Source of the DNA: an uncultured Chitinophagales bacterium
Lineage (GTDB): Bacteria > Bacteroidota > Bacteroidia > Chitinophagales > JADIYW01
Direction of reading: 5' to 3'
DNA: 64,000 nt
Assembly (NCBI GenBank): GCA_964490845.1
Contig: CAZBED010000004.1
Span: forward strand, 587 to 64,586
Part shown: piece by piece, positions 28,577 to 38,006 of the stretch
Numbering within the stretch: the stretch's first letter is position 1
Layout: every line of letters begins with the position of its first letter
Notes under the pieces: model-generated
The model's database searches: none
Told to the model about the DNA's origin: nothing
Seen by the model: only the letters and a program-made list of their open reading frames with translations
Position numbers and translations under genes: made by a program

Positions 28577-30658
28577 ATGAATAAATTAATTACACTTTTG
28601 TCCTTCATCCTGTTTTCTGTATTTGTTTCATACTCACAAACAGGCAATGTTGGTATTGGTACAGCAACACCGGATGGAACTTCTAAGTTGGATATATCGG
28701 CAAGTGATAAAGGTATACTAATACCCAGAGTTGCATTAACAGCGGCAAATGCTGCATCGCCGATAACAAAAGCAGACGGGAGTGCAGCTTCTACTGGCGA
28801 CCTCGCAACTCCATTACTCGTGTACAATACTGCAACGGCAGGTTCTGGAGCGAATAAGGTAACACCCGGTTTTTATTACTGGAATGGCAGTAAGTGGGTA
28901 AGGGTAGTCAGTAATGATAAAGAAGCGTGGATGACGAACGGAAATGCAGGCAATACAGCACCTTCTGCTGCTCTTGGTTCTGCGGTTGATAATAATTTTA
29001 TTGGAAATACAGACAGTGTGGACGTAGTACTGGCATCTGGGAATCTGGAACGAATCAGAATTAAAGGAATTTCATCGGGAACTACAAGACAGGGGTATGT
29101 TGGAATAGGAACACAGACACCTACAAAACAGTTTCAGATAGTCGGCGGCACATCTGGTTCTGTTAATTTTCCGATGTCGCTTTGGTCCAACTGTGCTTCC
29201 TGCGGAAACCAGTTTAGCGGAACCGGTATCAAGTTTTCAAACTCAGGTGGTGGCACAAATGAGGATAATGGAAGTGTGGAATTATATGCCGTTCGGAACA
29301 GGACTGGCGGCGGTGGAGATTTTGGCATAAAAACAGCCACCAATACTCCTACCATGTATGAGCATATGCGAATAGAAGGCATAACGGGATATACGAGCTT
29401 GTATGCAACAACCGGCAGCGGTACATATACATCAGGATTTCGTCCAAGTTCAGCTCTGCATATATTATCTAAATCAACTGACCCACCTAAATTAACCATG
29501 GGTATCAGTTCCAATCCGGCTGCTGATGATTTGATAGGTTCTATAGTAGCAAAGATTGATACATCATCCTCTAACAGTGATATTGCAGGAATACGGTTTA
29601 ATGCAGACGCCGGATGGCCGGGAACCTATAGCAATACAGACCTGCCGTCTCGTATTACGTTTTGGACAATACCTGATGGGTCAGGTACACAGGCAGAAAG
29701 GGTTCGTATTTCCAACAATGGAAATATAGGTATAAATACCACTAATCCATTATCAAAATTACATGTTTTACATACCTCCAATACGGATGGATTATTACTT
29801 CAAAATACAACCGGTGGTTCGGGCTCAACGACTAACATCAATTTTGCAACCTATGCGGATGTTGTAGCAGGAACCAGCAGGCCTGGCGCACAAATAAAAG
29901 CTGTTGATTTAGGAAACTATTCAGCTTACTTGGCTTTCAGTACTAAAATCACTGGTGCGGATGCTAATGCTCTAGACGAGAGATTAAGGATAGATCCGAA
30001 TGTAGTAGGTGTCTTTGGCTCTAAGCCCGTAGAGTTCGGTTTTAATGTGAGCGGCAAGCAGACCGATGCAGGTAAAATCGGTTATCAGACCTGGACATCG
30101 GGGGCGCTGGATATTGTGGGTGCTGGAACAACTGCAGGAAGCAGGAAAGTGAAACTATGGGATAATGTTGAGGTTGCCGGAACTATATTTGCCAAAGAAC
30201 GACATATTACCTATCATAATTTCAACCAAGGTACATACAGGACTAATAGTAATTATATAGCTTACATTCCGGGTATGGGAGAAGGTGTGGATGACGAGTG
30301 GATAGGGTTGACCGGAGAGGATAATGACAGAACCGTTGAATGGGTGGCACCGTACGATGGGAAATTAGTAAAAGTTATTTTACGAGTCGGAAACGATAGC
30401 GGTTCTAACCCTGACTTTGCTGGAAAACCTGTAATTTCTATCAATGGAACACTTTATCGTTTGGATGCCAATACCACTACACCAAGTTTAAGTGTAGAAA
30501 GTAATGCATCGGGAACGTATAGTCCGACACAAAATAATACATTCAGCAGAGGAGACAGAATAGCTGTTGGATTTGCAATCGACGGATGTTCAAACTGCCG
30601 TATGGAAGACACGAACTACTTCGTAGCGTTGATTTGGGAATATAATATTCAAGACTAA
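28577..30658 (+). CDS. secreted hypothetical protein with three GxVGIGTxxP...KL motifs (tail-fibre-like), no T9SS sorting domain
   Basis: Signal peptide; motifs GNVGIGTATPDGTSKLDI, GYVGIGTQTPTKQFQIVG and GNIGINTTNPLSKLHVLH. Starts 10 nt after the upstream gene. Confidence 0.55.
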   Translation: MNKLITLLSFILFSVFVSYSQTGNVGIGTATPDGTSKLDISASDKGILIPRVALTAANAASPITKADGSAASTGDLATPLLVYNTATAGSGANKVTPGFYYWNGSKWVRVVSNDKEAWMTNGNAGNTAPSAALGSAVDNNFIGNTDSVDVVLASGNLERIRIKGISSGTTRQGYVGIGTQTPTKQFQIVGGTSGSVNFPMSLWSNCASCGNQFSGTGIKFSNSGGGTNEDNGSVELYAVRNRTGGGGDFGIKTATNTPTMYEHMRIEGITGYTSLYATTGSGTYTSGFRPSSALHILSKSTDPPKLTMGISSNPAADDLIGSIVAKIDTSSSNSDIAGIRFNADAGWPGTYSNTDLPSRITFWTIPDGSGTQAERVRISNNGNIGINTTNPLSKLHVLHTSNTDGLLLQNTTGGSGSTTNINFATYADVVAGTSRPGAQIKAVDLGNYSAYLAFSTKITGADANALDERLRIDPNVVGVFGSKPVEFGFNVSGKQTDAGKIGYQTWTSGALDIVGAGTTAGSRKVKLWDNVEVAGTIFAKERHITYHNFNQGTYRTNSNYIAYIPGMGEGVDDEWIGLTGEDNDRTVEWVAPYDGKLVKVILRVGNDSGSNPDFAGKPVISINGTLYRLDANTTTPSLSVESNASGTYSPTQNNTFSRGDRIAVGFAIDGCSNCRMEDTNYFVALIWEYNIQD

Positions 30659-30660
30659 AA

Positions 30661-31518
30661 TCAGGCGTAATTTTTGCCTTTCAGCAATTCTTCCGCCAAA
30701 TGATAATTATCGATTTGATCAGGATGGAAATCTCTTCGGAAATATTCACCGAACTGTTTGGCAAGTGTTCCGCCAAAACTTTCCCTGAATTTTGATAAAA
30801 ATGCAATTAAATCCTGAGGGATATCTTTTGCCTTTACATCCTTATCGTTATAGGTAAGAACGGCAGTTCCAACCGCCAGATAAAACCACAATCCCCAGGT
30901 GGCAATGGCCATGCCACCTACACGAAGCGCATAACTGTCGTCCACTCTTTTCAGCACATCGAACGGAATGGATTTATGCTCGATTTCTTCTGCGGCATGC
31001 CACATAAATAAATCTTTCATCTCCTGCGGCATTTTTTCTGTGATATCTTTATTGATGATTCCGCTTTCTGCCAGCATGGCCGTATAATGTTCCAGTGCTA
31101 CCGTTACGCTTAAAGCGATTTTATTACCCAAATTATTTTTCGTTAAACTGGTTCGAGCCCAATTTTCTATCCCATTCCAGGCTGTTTTTCTGAAGAAATC
31201 AACAAATTTCATCGGTTGTAAATCCTGTGATTCCATGATATCCCAGAACTTCTGGTGTTCAGCATAATGTGTACCTTCCTGACCGATGAAATTATCTACC
31301 CGTTTTTTTAATTCGGGGTCATTTTTATAGACTTCAGCAAAAGCTTTGACACTTCGGATAAAAAACTTTTCGCCATCCGGAAATGCCAGGTGTTGGGCAT
31401 TCATGAAATGAGTGGCTATTGGATTGTCGTTATACCAGTGTTTGGGAAATGGTTTTTCAAATTTGAAATTCACCTTTCTGATTTTTGCTTCCGGTTTTTT
31501 TGTAGCTACTGCCGCCAT
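30661..31518 (-). CDS. predicted metal-dependent hydrolase family protein (PF10118-like) with two ExxH motifs; paralog B
   Basis: Motifs GQEGTHYAEH and WHAAEEIEHKS, with FHPDQIDNYHLAE at the C-terminus. Collinear with paralog A. Confidence 0.55.
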   Translation of the reverse strand: MAAVATKKPEAKIRKVNFKFEKPFPKHWYNDNPIATHFMNAQHLAFPDGEKFFIRSVKAFAEVYKNDPELKKRVDNFIGQEGTHYAEHQKFWDIMESQDLQPMKFVDFFRKTAWNGIENWARTSLTKNNLGNKIALSVTVALEHYTAMLAESGIINKDITEKMPQEMKDLFMWHAAEEIEHKSIPFDVLKRVDDSYALRVGGMAIATWGLWFYLAVGTAVLTYNDKDVKAKDIPQDLIAFLSKFRESFGGTLAKQFGEYFRRDFHPDQIDNYHLAEELLKGKNYA

Positions 31519-31538
31519 AAGTATTTAATTAGTTGAAC

Positions 31539-31546
31539 CAAAATTA
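31539..31546 (-). promoter_or_regulatory. candidate -7 box TAATTTTG for hydrolase paralog B
   Basis: Exact consensus match on the minus strand, 20 nt before ATG 31518. Confidence 0.4.
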
Positions 31547-31610
31547 GGCAACGATAGTACGTGTTGCTATAAACTTTAGATAATTTAGTAAAACAGGTTA
31601 TACCCCGTTG

Positions 31611-32585
31611 TTAATTAAATTTGTAACCTCTCAAAAACTCATCTATCCTCATTTTCTTTTTACCCTCCAGCTGCAACTCCTGAATATCCAGATATCCGTC
31701 TGCACATTTGATAGAAAGAAATGTTTTGTTGTCTGTGGAATAGTCAATAGATATTGGTCGATGGTCAATAGTAGATAATGATTTCCGAGGATTATGGACT
31801 ATGGATTGTGGACTAATTTGAGATGTATATATCTTTAATACCTTTCCATCCAGATAAGTAAAGGCTGTAGGATAAGGCGATAAACCTCTTATTAAATTGT
31901 GAACTTCACGTATTGTTTTACTCCAGTCTATCTGGCAGTTTTCTTTAAATATTTTGGGTGCATGATGTAAATGAACTTGAGATTTAAGATTTGAAATTTG
32001 AGATGTAGCTTTTGCTTTATTGAGTTCAATAGCCCGAACTGTTTTTAAAACTAATTCTGCTCCCAAATCCATCAATTTATCATGGATTGTGCCGGCATTA
32101 TCTTCATCCTCTATATTTATCTTTTCCTGATAAATAATATTGCCGGTGTCAATTTCATGCTGCAAAAAAAATGTAGTCACGCCCGTTTCGGTTTCACCAT
32201 TGATAACCGCCCAGTTGATGGGAGCTGCTCCACGATATTGCGGCAGGAGAGAAGCATGTAAATTAAACGTACCAAATTCGGGCATCTGCCAAACCATTTC
32301 AGGTAACATACGAAAAGCAACGACGATAAATAAATTTGCCTGTAAAGCATTTAATTCATTAATGAAGCTAGGGTTCTTTAATTTTTCCGGCTGAAGAATA
32401 TTCAGCCCATTTTCAACAGCATATTTTTTAACGGAAGACTGATTAATTTGCTGCCCTCGCCCGGAAGGTTTGTCCGGTGCCGTAACTACACCCACTACAT
32501 TATAGTGATGTCTGATTAAAATATCCAGCGAAGGGACCGCAAAATCCGGCGTTCCCATAAATATAATCCGAAGGTCTCTCCTCAT
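31611..32585 (-). CDS. fmt: methionyl-tRNA formyltransferase
   Basis: N-terminal IIFMGTPDFAVPSL, the HASLLPQYRGAAPINWA formyltransferase motif and a C-terminal LQLEGKKKM tRNA-binding domain. Confidence 0.9.
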   Translation of the reverse strand: MRRDLRIIFMGTPDFAVPSLDILIRHHYNVVGVVTAPDKPSGRGQQINQSSVKKYAVENGLNILQPEKLKNPSFINELNALQANLFIVVAFRMLPEMVWQMPEFGTFNLHASLLPQYRGAAPINWAVINGETETGVTTFFLQHEIDTGNIIYQEKINIEDEDNAGTIHDKLMDLGAELVLKTVRAIELNKAKATSQISNLKSQVHLHHAPKIFKENCQIDWSKTIREVHNLIRGLSPYPTAFTYLDGKVLKIYTSQISPQSIVHNPRKSLSTIDHRPISIDYSTDNKTFLSIKCADGYLDIQELQLEGKKKMRIDEFLRGYKFN

Positions 32586-32589
32586 GCTA

Positions 32590-32597
32590 CAAATATA
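32590..32597 (-). promoter_or_regulatory. candidate -7 box TATATTTG, 4 nt before fmt ATG (leaderless architecture)
   Basis: Exact consensus match on the minus strand. The gap to the ATG is GCTA. Confidence 0.45.
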
Positions 32598-32675
32598 AAA
32601 TAAAATCAGCGATGAACTTTTCTGTTTATGTGATTGCTATCGTTTGAGTTGATGCAAAGAGATGTGAAAAGCAAC

Positions 32676-33089
32676 TTATATCTTGATAAACCAGCCGCTG
32701 CCAGAAAAACGGGAAGTAGTTGTGTAATTACTGGAATACCCGTTAACATTTACAAACAGGTTACTATCTTCTATAATGCCTCTGTAATAAAAGTAATGCA
32801 GGCTTCCTATGTTATAGTAAGTAATACAACTGTCTCCATTAATTGTATACGTTCCCGGCATGGTGCTGGAAAGGAGTTTTGAATATATTGAAACTGTTCC
32901 ATCCTTATAATAGGTGAGTGTTTGCGTGTCACTGGCAATGGAAGGCGGAACATCAGAACTTACAGTTATCGTCCCTTTCCAGTTGCCAATTAGTTTAGTT
33001 TCTGTTTCAGATAATGGCGGTTCTGTGCTACAGGAAATAATTACAGAACATAAAACTGCTGAAAAAATTAGATTAGTGGCTTTTTTCAT
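32676..33089 (-). CDS. hypothetical lipoprotein
   Basis: Lipobox-like leader (LCSVIISC followed by STE); small beta-rich sequence. Confidence 0.5.
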   Translation of the reverse strand: MKKATNLIFSAVLCSVIISCSTEPPLSETETKLIGNWKGTITVSSDVPPSIASDTQTLTYYKDGTVSIYSKLLSSTMPGTYTINGDSCITYYNIGSLHYFYYRGIIEDSNLFVNVNGYSSNYTTTSRFSGSGWFIKI

Positions 33090-33236
33090 TCCCTACTTTT
33101 ATATACAATATACAATTTTTTGTTAATATGATGTTTGTTCTCACTCTAATTAACAGATATTTTTATCCTAAATCAATAAAATCAGTCCTGCACCACTGTT
33201 GATAAAATTTATGTTTTGAACTACTGAAACTTATCA

Positions 33237-33244
33237 TAACTTTG
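33237..33244 (+). promoter_or_regulatory. candidate -7 box TAACTTTG for GltD-like/korAB operon
   Basis: Exact consensus match, 26 nt before TTG 33271. Confidence 0.4.
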
Positions 33245-33270
33245 ATGAAATTTTAACTAAAACATAAATT

Positions 33271-35061
33271 TTGAAACCTACAGATATTAAAGACTACGAA
33301 TATTTTCATAAAGTTGTAGATTGCCAGTATGCCTGTCCTGCACATACACCCGTTCCCGAATATATTCGACTGATTGCTGAAGAAAAATACACAGAAGCCT
33401 ATATGGTTAATTGGGAATCTAACGTGTTTCCTGGAGTTTTAGGCAGAACCTGTGACCGGCCGTGTGAGCCTGCCTGCAGACGTGGCAGGGTAGAAGATGA
33501 GCCGGTAGCTATTTGCCGGCTGAAACGTGTAGCAGCGGATAATAAAGGAGATATAAAGGCATTACTTCCCAAAATACCTTCCCAAAAAAATGGTAAACGA
33601 ATTGCGCTTATCGGTGGCGGTCCGTCCTCATTAACGGTTGCAAGAGATTTGGCGCCTTTGGGATACGAAATACATTTATATGATAACCAGGAAGTTGGAG
33701 GTGGAATGATGCGCAGCCAGATTCCTTCTTTCCGATTGCCGGGTTCTGTTTTGGACCAGGAAGTGGGTTATATTCTGGATATGGGCATTCAAACACATTT
33801 TAATACCTATGTTTCCAGTTTAAAAGAAATAAAACAGAAAGGCTATGATGCCATATTTGTGGGCACAGGTGCCCCTCGTGGAAAGGATTTAAAAGACCTG
33901 ACCGGGCGTTGGGATGCCCCTTCTCACATACATATCGGAATAGAATGGCTGGCGAGTGTAGCCTTCGAACATATCCATACTATTGGCAAAAAAGTAATTG
34001 TACTGGGTGGTGGTAATACCGCTATGGATTGCTGCCGTACTTCTAAACGGTTAGGTGGCGAGCAGGTGACGGTTGTAGTCAGAAGCCCATTTAAAGAAAT
34101 GAAGGCATCTCCCTGGGAAATTGAAGATGCACAACACGAAGACATTCCAATTCTGGATTGTATGGTACCAAAATCCTTCGTATCCGAAAATGGTGTACTT
34201 AAAGGTATGACTTTCGAAAAAGTACATGCTGTTTATGATGAACAGGGGAAACGCTCGTTAGTGCCAACCGGCGATGCAGAGGTGTTTATTGAGGCGGATG
34301 ATGTATTGGTGGCCATAGGACAGGAAAACAGTTTTCCGTGGATAGAACGCGACTTAGGAGTAGAGTTTGATAAATGGGAAATACCTGTAATTAACAAAAA
34401 AACATTCCAGTCAACAGTGCCTTCTGTCTTCTTTGGCGGTGATGCTGCATTAGGCCCTAAAAATGTCATTACTGCCGTTGCGCAAGGCCATCAGGCTGCT
34501 ATTTCCATTGATTTATATTGCAATGGAAAAGACCTCCATAATGATAGACCTGCTCCGATGGTAAATCTGGTAAGCCAGAAAATGGGTATTCATGAGTGGA
34601 TGTATGAAAATGAGGTAGTAGAAGATGTGCGTTATGCCGTTCCACATGCTTCTAAACAAAAAACATTGAAAGACAGAAAACTGGAGGTGGAATTAGGGTT
34701 TGCCACAGATACTGCCTATAAGGAAGCTCAGCGCTGTCTTAACTGTGATGTACAAACGGTGTTTATGGAATCCCGCTGTATCGAATGCGATGCCTGTATG
34801 GATATTTGCCCTACAAGTTGCATCACCTTTACGCAAAACGGAGAAGAAGAAGAATTACGCACCCGTTTAAGCGCTCCATCCATACATCCCGAACAGGATT
34901 TATATGTTTCCAATAACCTGAAAACAGGCAGAGTCATGGTCAAAGATGAAGATGTCTGCCTGCACTGCGGATTATGTGCAGAACGTTGCCCGACATCCGC
35001 GTGGGATATGCAAAAATTTTTATATCAAGTTTCTAAAGCCGGTCATTCATGCAATCATTAA
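33271..35061 (+). CDS. GltD-like NAD(P)H-dependent flavin oxidoreductase fused to a C-terminal 2x[4Fe-4S] ferredoxin domain
   Basis: N-terminal Cys cluster region (CQYACPAHTP, CDRPCEPAC); FAD motif GGGPSSLTVARDL; NAD(P)H motif VLGGGNTAMDCCRT; C-terminal CIECDACMDICP and CLHCGLCAERCP. TTG start. 13-nt overlap with korA. Confidence 0.8.
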   Translation: MKPTDIKDYEYFHKVVDCQYACPAHTPVPEYIRLIAEEKYTEAYMVNWESNVFPGVLGRTCDRPCEPACRRGRVEDEPVAICRLKRVAADNKGDIKALLPKIPSQKNGKRIALIGGGPSSLTVARDLAPLGYEIHLYDNQEVGGGMMRSQIPSFRLPGSVLDQEVGYILDMGIQTHFNTYVSSLKEIKQKGYDAIFVGTGAPRGKDLKDLTGRWDAPSHIHIGIEWLASVAFEHIHTIGKKVIVLGGGNTAMDCCRTSKRLGGEQVTVVVRSPFKEMKASPWEIEDAQHEDIPILDCMVPKSFVSENGVLKGMTFEKVHAVYDEQGKRSLVPTGDAEVFIEADDVLVAIGQENSFPWIERDLGVEFDKWEIPVINKKTFQSTVPSVFFGGDAALGPKNVITAVAQGHQAAISIDLYCNGKDLHNDRPAPMVNLVSQKMGIHEWMYENEVVEDVRYAVPHASKQKTLKDRKLEVELGFATDTAYKEAQRCLNCDVQTVFMESRCIECDACMDICPTSCITFTQNGEEEELRTRLSAPSIHPEQDLYVSNNLKTGRVMVKDEDVCLHCGLCAERCPTSAWDMQKFLYQVSKAGHSCNH

Positions 35062-36875
35062 ATCCATCTGTAAACGATTTTGTTATACGTTTTGCTAATG
35101 TAAACGGTACCGGGTCTGCCAGTGCCAATAAAATGTTTGCCACGTCTGTTTTTAAGATGGGCATTCCCGTTACTGCAAAAAATATTTTCCCTTCCAACAT
35201 ACAAGGCTTACCAACATGGTACGAGGTGCGGATAAACGATAAAGGTTATCTGGGGCGCCGGGATGGATTGGATATGATGGTGTGCCTGAATCCGCAAAGT
35301 ATGAAAAGAGATGTGGAAGCACTCAGGCCGGGTGGTTACTTTATGTATGATAGTACAAAATTCTTAGCTAAAGAATTTATCCGGGAAGATGTGCACTATC
35401 TGGGTATTCCGATGACGGAAATATGCAATACGTCCTTTGAAGACCCGCGTTATAGGCAATTGCTGAAGAACATGGTCTATGTCGGTGCATTATCAGCCTT
35501 ACTGGATATTGAACAGCAGGTATTGAAAGATATTATTCAGAGCGAATTTAAAAATAAAGAGAAACTCATTGCTCCGAATGAGCAGGCTTTGCAGATGGGA
35601 ATCGATTATGCCCGGAAACATTTTGATTGTCCGCTGGATATAAGAGTGGAAAGACGCAATTTGAACGGTGATTCCATTGTGATGGATGGAAATACCGCCT
35701 GTGCGTTGGGCGCAATTTATGCCGGCGCTACTGTTGCGGCGTGGTATCCTATTACACCATCTACGTCGGTTGTCAGTTCGTTTGAAAAATATGCCAATAA
35801 ATTGCGTGTTGATAAAGAAAGCGGTCTGAAGAATTTTGCTGTGGTACAGGCGGAAGATGAACTATCAGCCATTGGTATTGCTATCGGCGCTAACTGGAAC
35901 GGTGCAAGAGGCTTCACAGCAACAAGCGGACCGGGGTTATCGCTGATGAATGAATTCTTAGGACTGGCATACTTTGCCGAAATTCCGGTTGTGCTGATTG
36001 ATGTGCAGCGTGGCGGGCCATCTACCGGTATGCCTACCAGAACCCAGCAGTCGGATTTGATAATGGCGGCATATGCTTCTCACGGTGATACCAAGCATGT
36101 TTTATTGTTTCCATCCAATCCGAAAGAATGTTTTGAATTTACAGCTTATGCATTTGATTTGACGGAAAGGCTGCAAACGCCGGTTATTGTAATGACTGAC
36201 CTGGATTTAGGGATGAATGAACATTTATCTCCACCACTGAAGTGGGATGACAAAAGAAAATACGACAGAGGAAAGGTGTTAAGTGCCGAACAGCTGGAAA
36301 AAACAGAAAAATGGGGAAGATATCTGGATATAGACGGTGACGGGGTACCCTATAGAACATTGCCGGGAACACACCCGACGAAAGGCGCCTATTTTACAAG
36401 GGGTTCCTCACATGATGAATTTGCCCGCTACACTGAAGACAGCCATACTTATGTACACCTTATGGACCGTTTATTATTGAAATGGAATACGGCTAAAAAA
36501 TTAGTGTACGCTCCGGAGATTTATAATCAACCATCACAAAGTTCTATTGGTATTATCTTTTTTGGAACGACTACTTATGCAGCTTTAGAAGCAATGGATT
36601 TATTGAAAGAAGAAGGTATAAAACTGGATGCATTGCGTATTACCGCTTTCCCTTTTAACGATTCCATTGAAAAATTTATTAATGAGCATAAAACGGTTTT
36701 TGTCATTGAACAAAACAGAGATGCACAGATGAAAAAGATACTTTCCAACGAACTGGATATTGATAAACGAAAATTGATTTCCATATTGAATTACGACGGT
36801 ACACCCATCACCGCCAATTTCATACAGGAGTCTATTTCAAGAATTACCACGCAATCACTCACCTTACAGCAATAA
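35049..36875 (+). CDS. korA: 2-oxoglutarate/2-oxoacid:ferredoxin oxidoreductase alpha subunit (fused gamma-alpha type)
   Basis: Length, N-terminal gamma-like domain (FANVNGTGSASANKMF), and pyrimidine-binding and transketolase-C-like segments. Followed by the TPP-binding beta subunit. Confidence 0.85.
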   Translation: MQSLNPSVNDFVIRFANVNGTGSASANKMFATSVFKMGIPVTAKNIFPSNIQGLPTWYEVRINDKGYLGRRDGLDMMVCLNPQSMKRDVEALRPGGYFMYDSTKFLAKEFIREDVHYLGIPMTEICNTSFEDPRYRQLLKNMVYVGALSALLDIEQQVLKDIIQSEFKNKEKLIAPNEQALQMGIDYARKHFDCPLDIRVERRNLNGDSIVMDGNTACALGAIYAGATVAAWYPITPSTSVVSSFEKYANKLRVDKESGLKNFAVVQAEDELSAIGIAIGANWNGARGFTATSGPGLSLMNEFLGLAYFAEIPVVLIDVQRGGPSTGMPTRTQQSDLIMAAYASHGDTKHVLLFPSNPKECFEFTAYAFDLTERLQTPVIVMTDLDLGMNEHLSPPLKWDDKRKYDRGKVLSAEQLEKTEKWGRYLDIDGDGVPYRTLPGTHPTKGAYFTRGSSHDEFARYTEDSHTYVHLMDRLLLKWNTAKKLVYAPEIYNQPSQSSIGIIFFGTTTYAALEAMDLLKEEGIKLDALRITAFPFNDSIEKFINEHKTVFVIEQNRDAQMKKILSNELDIDKRKLISILNYDGTPITANFIQESISRITTQSLTLQQ

Positions 36876-36878
36876 CAT

Positions 36879-37931
36879 ATGTCGTATATAAAACCAAAAT
36901 TTCATCACCCTGAATTGCCCGTTAATCGGTTAGGATTTACAAAAAAAGAGTATGAGGGTGTGATATCCACCTTATGCAGCGGGTGTGGTCATGATTCCAT
37001 CAGTGCTGCTATCGTACAGGCCTGTTTTGAGATGAATATTCAACCGCATCAGGTGGCAAAGTTGTCGGGTATCGGTTGTTCTTCCAAAACACCCGCCTAT
37101 TTTTTAAATAATTCTCATGGCTTCAATTCTGTTCACGGCCGTATGCCTTCGGTGGCTACCGGTGCTGTATTAGCCAACAGGGATTTAATGTATCTGGGTG
37201 TTTCCGGCGATGGCGACAGTGCATCTATCGGCATAGGTCAGTTTGTGCATTCTATCCGCAGAAACCTGAATATGACCTATATTGTGATGAATAATGGTTG
37301 TTACGGATTAACTAAAGGCCAGGATTCCGCAACTGCTGATGTAGGTTCAGTCAACAAATCAGGTCATGCCAATCAATATCAATCCATAGATTTGGCGGGA
37401 TTAGCGCTGGAATTAGGTGCTTCCTTTGTAGCCAGAAGTTTCTCGGGCGATAAAGCGCAGTTGATTCCGTTGATAAAAGCCGGTATGTCACACCATGGCT
37501 TTGCATTGATTGATGTAGTATCGCCGTGTGTGACGTTCAATAATAATACAGGTTCTACTAAATCGTATGATTATGTTCGGGAACATATGGAAGCGGTAGA
37601 TACATTCGATTATGTTCCGTATGAGAAAGAAATTACGATAGAGTATAAAGACGGTGAGGCGCTGGAAGTAGAGATGCATGATGGTTCCAAAGTATACCTC
37701 AGCAAACTGGCTAAGGACTGGGATCCGTTCGACCGTTTTTCTGCATTGGATAAATTAAACAGTTCTCGTTATAAAGGTGAAATACTGACGGGCCTTATCT
37801 TCATTGACGAGCATACCAAAGATTTTCATGAGATGATTCATACGGTTGAAAAACCTTTAAATCAGTTGGCTGAACAGGAACTTTGCCCGGGCAATGAGGT
37901 CTTACAGCTCATCAATGATAGTTTCAGGTAA
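36879..37931 (+). CDS. korB: 2-oxoglutarate/2-oxoacid:ferredoxin oxidoreductase beta subunit (TPP-binding)
   Basis: Cys motif CSGCGH; TPP motif GVSGDGDSASIG...NNGCYGLTKGQ. Confidence 0.85.
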   Translation: MSYIKPKFHHPELPVNRLGFTKKEYEGVISTLCSGCGHDSISAAIVQACFEMNIQPHQVAKLSGIGCSSKTPAYFLNNSHGFNSVHGRMPSVATGAVLANRDLMYLGVSGDGDSASIGIGQFVHSIRRNLNMTYIVMNNGCYGLTKGQDSATADVGSVNKSGHANQYQSIDLAGLALELGASFVARSFSGDKAQLIPLIKAGMSHHGFALIDVVSPCVTFNNNTGSTKSYDYVREHMEAVDTFDYVPYEKEITIEYKDGEALEVEMHDGSKVYLSKLAKDWDPFDRFSALDKLNSSRYKGEILTGLIFIDEHTKDFHEMIHTVEKPLNQLAEQELCPGNEVLQLINDSFR

Positions 37932-37953
37932 ATGTAATTATGGTTGAAACAAT

Positions 37954-37987
37954 AAAAAAAAGAGAACGATATCGTTCTCTTTTTTTT
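37954..37987. terminator. bidirectional rho-independent terminator between korB and the bacilliredoxin gene
   Basis: A-run, then the perfect 20-nt palindrome AGAGAACGATATCGTTCTCT (37961-37980), then T7. Confidence 0.85.
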
Positions 37988-38006
37988 ATGATTGTAAAAG
38001 AATGAA

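Noticed and set aside
31815-32007. 13-bp direct repeat AATTTGAGATGTA (31815-31827 and 31995-32007) inside fmt, encoding TSQIS twice
   Set aside because: With about 4x10^9 position pairs (both strands) in 64 kb and 4^13 possible 13-mers, tens of exact 13-mer coincidences are expected by chance. There is no structural or positional logic.
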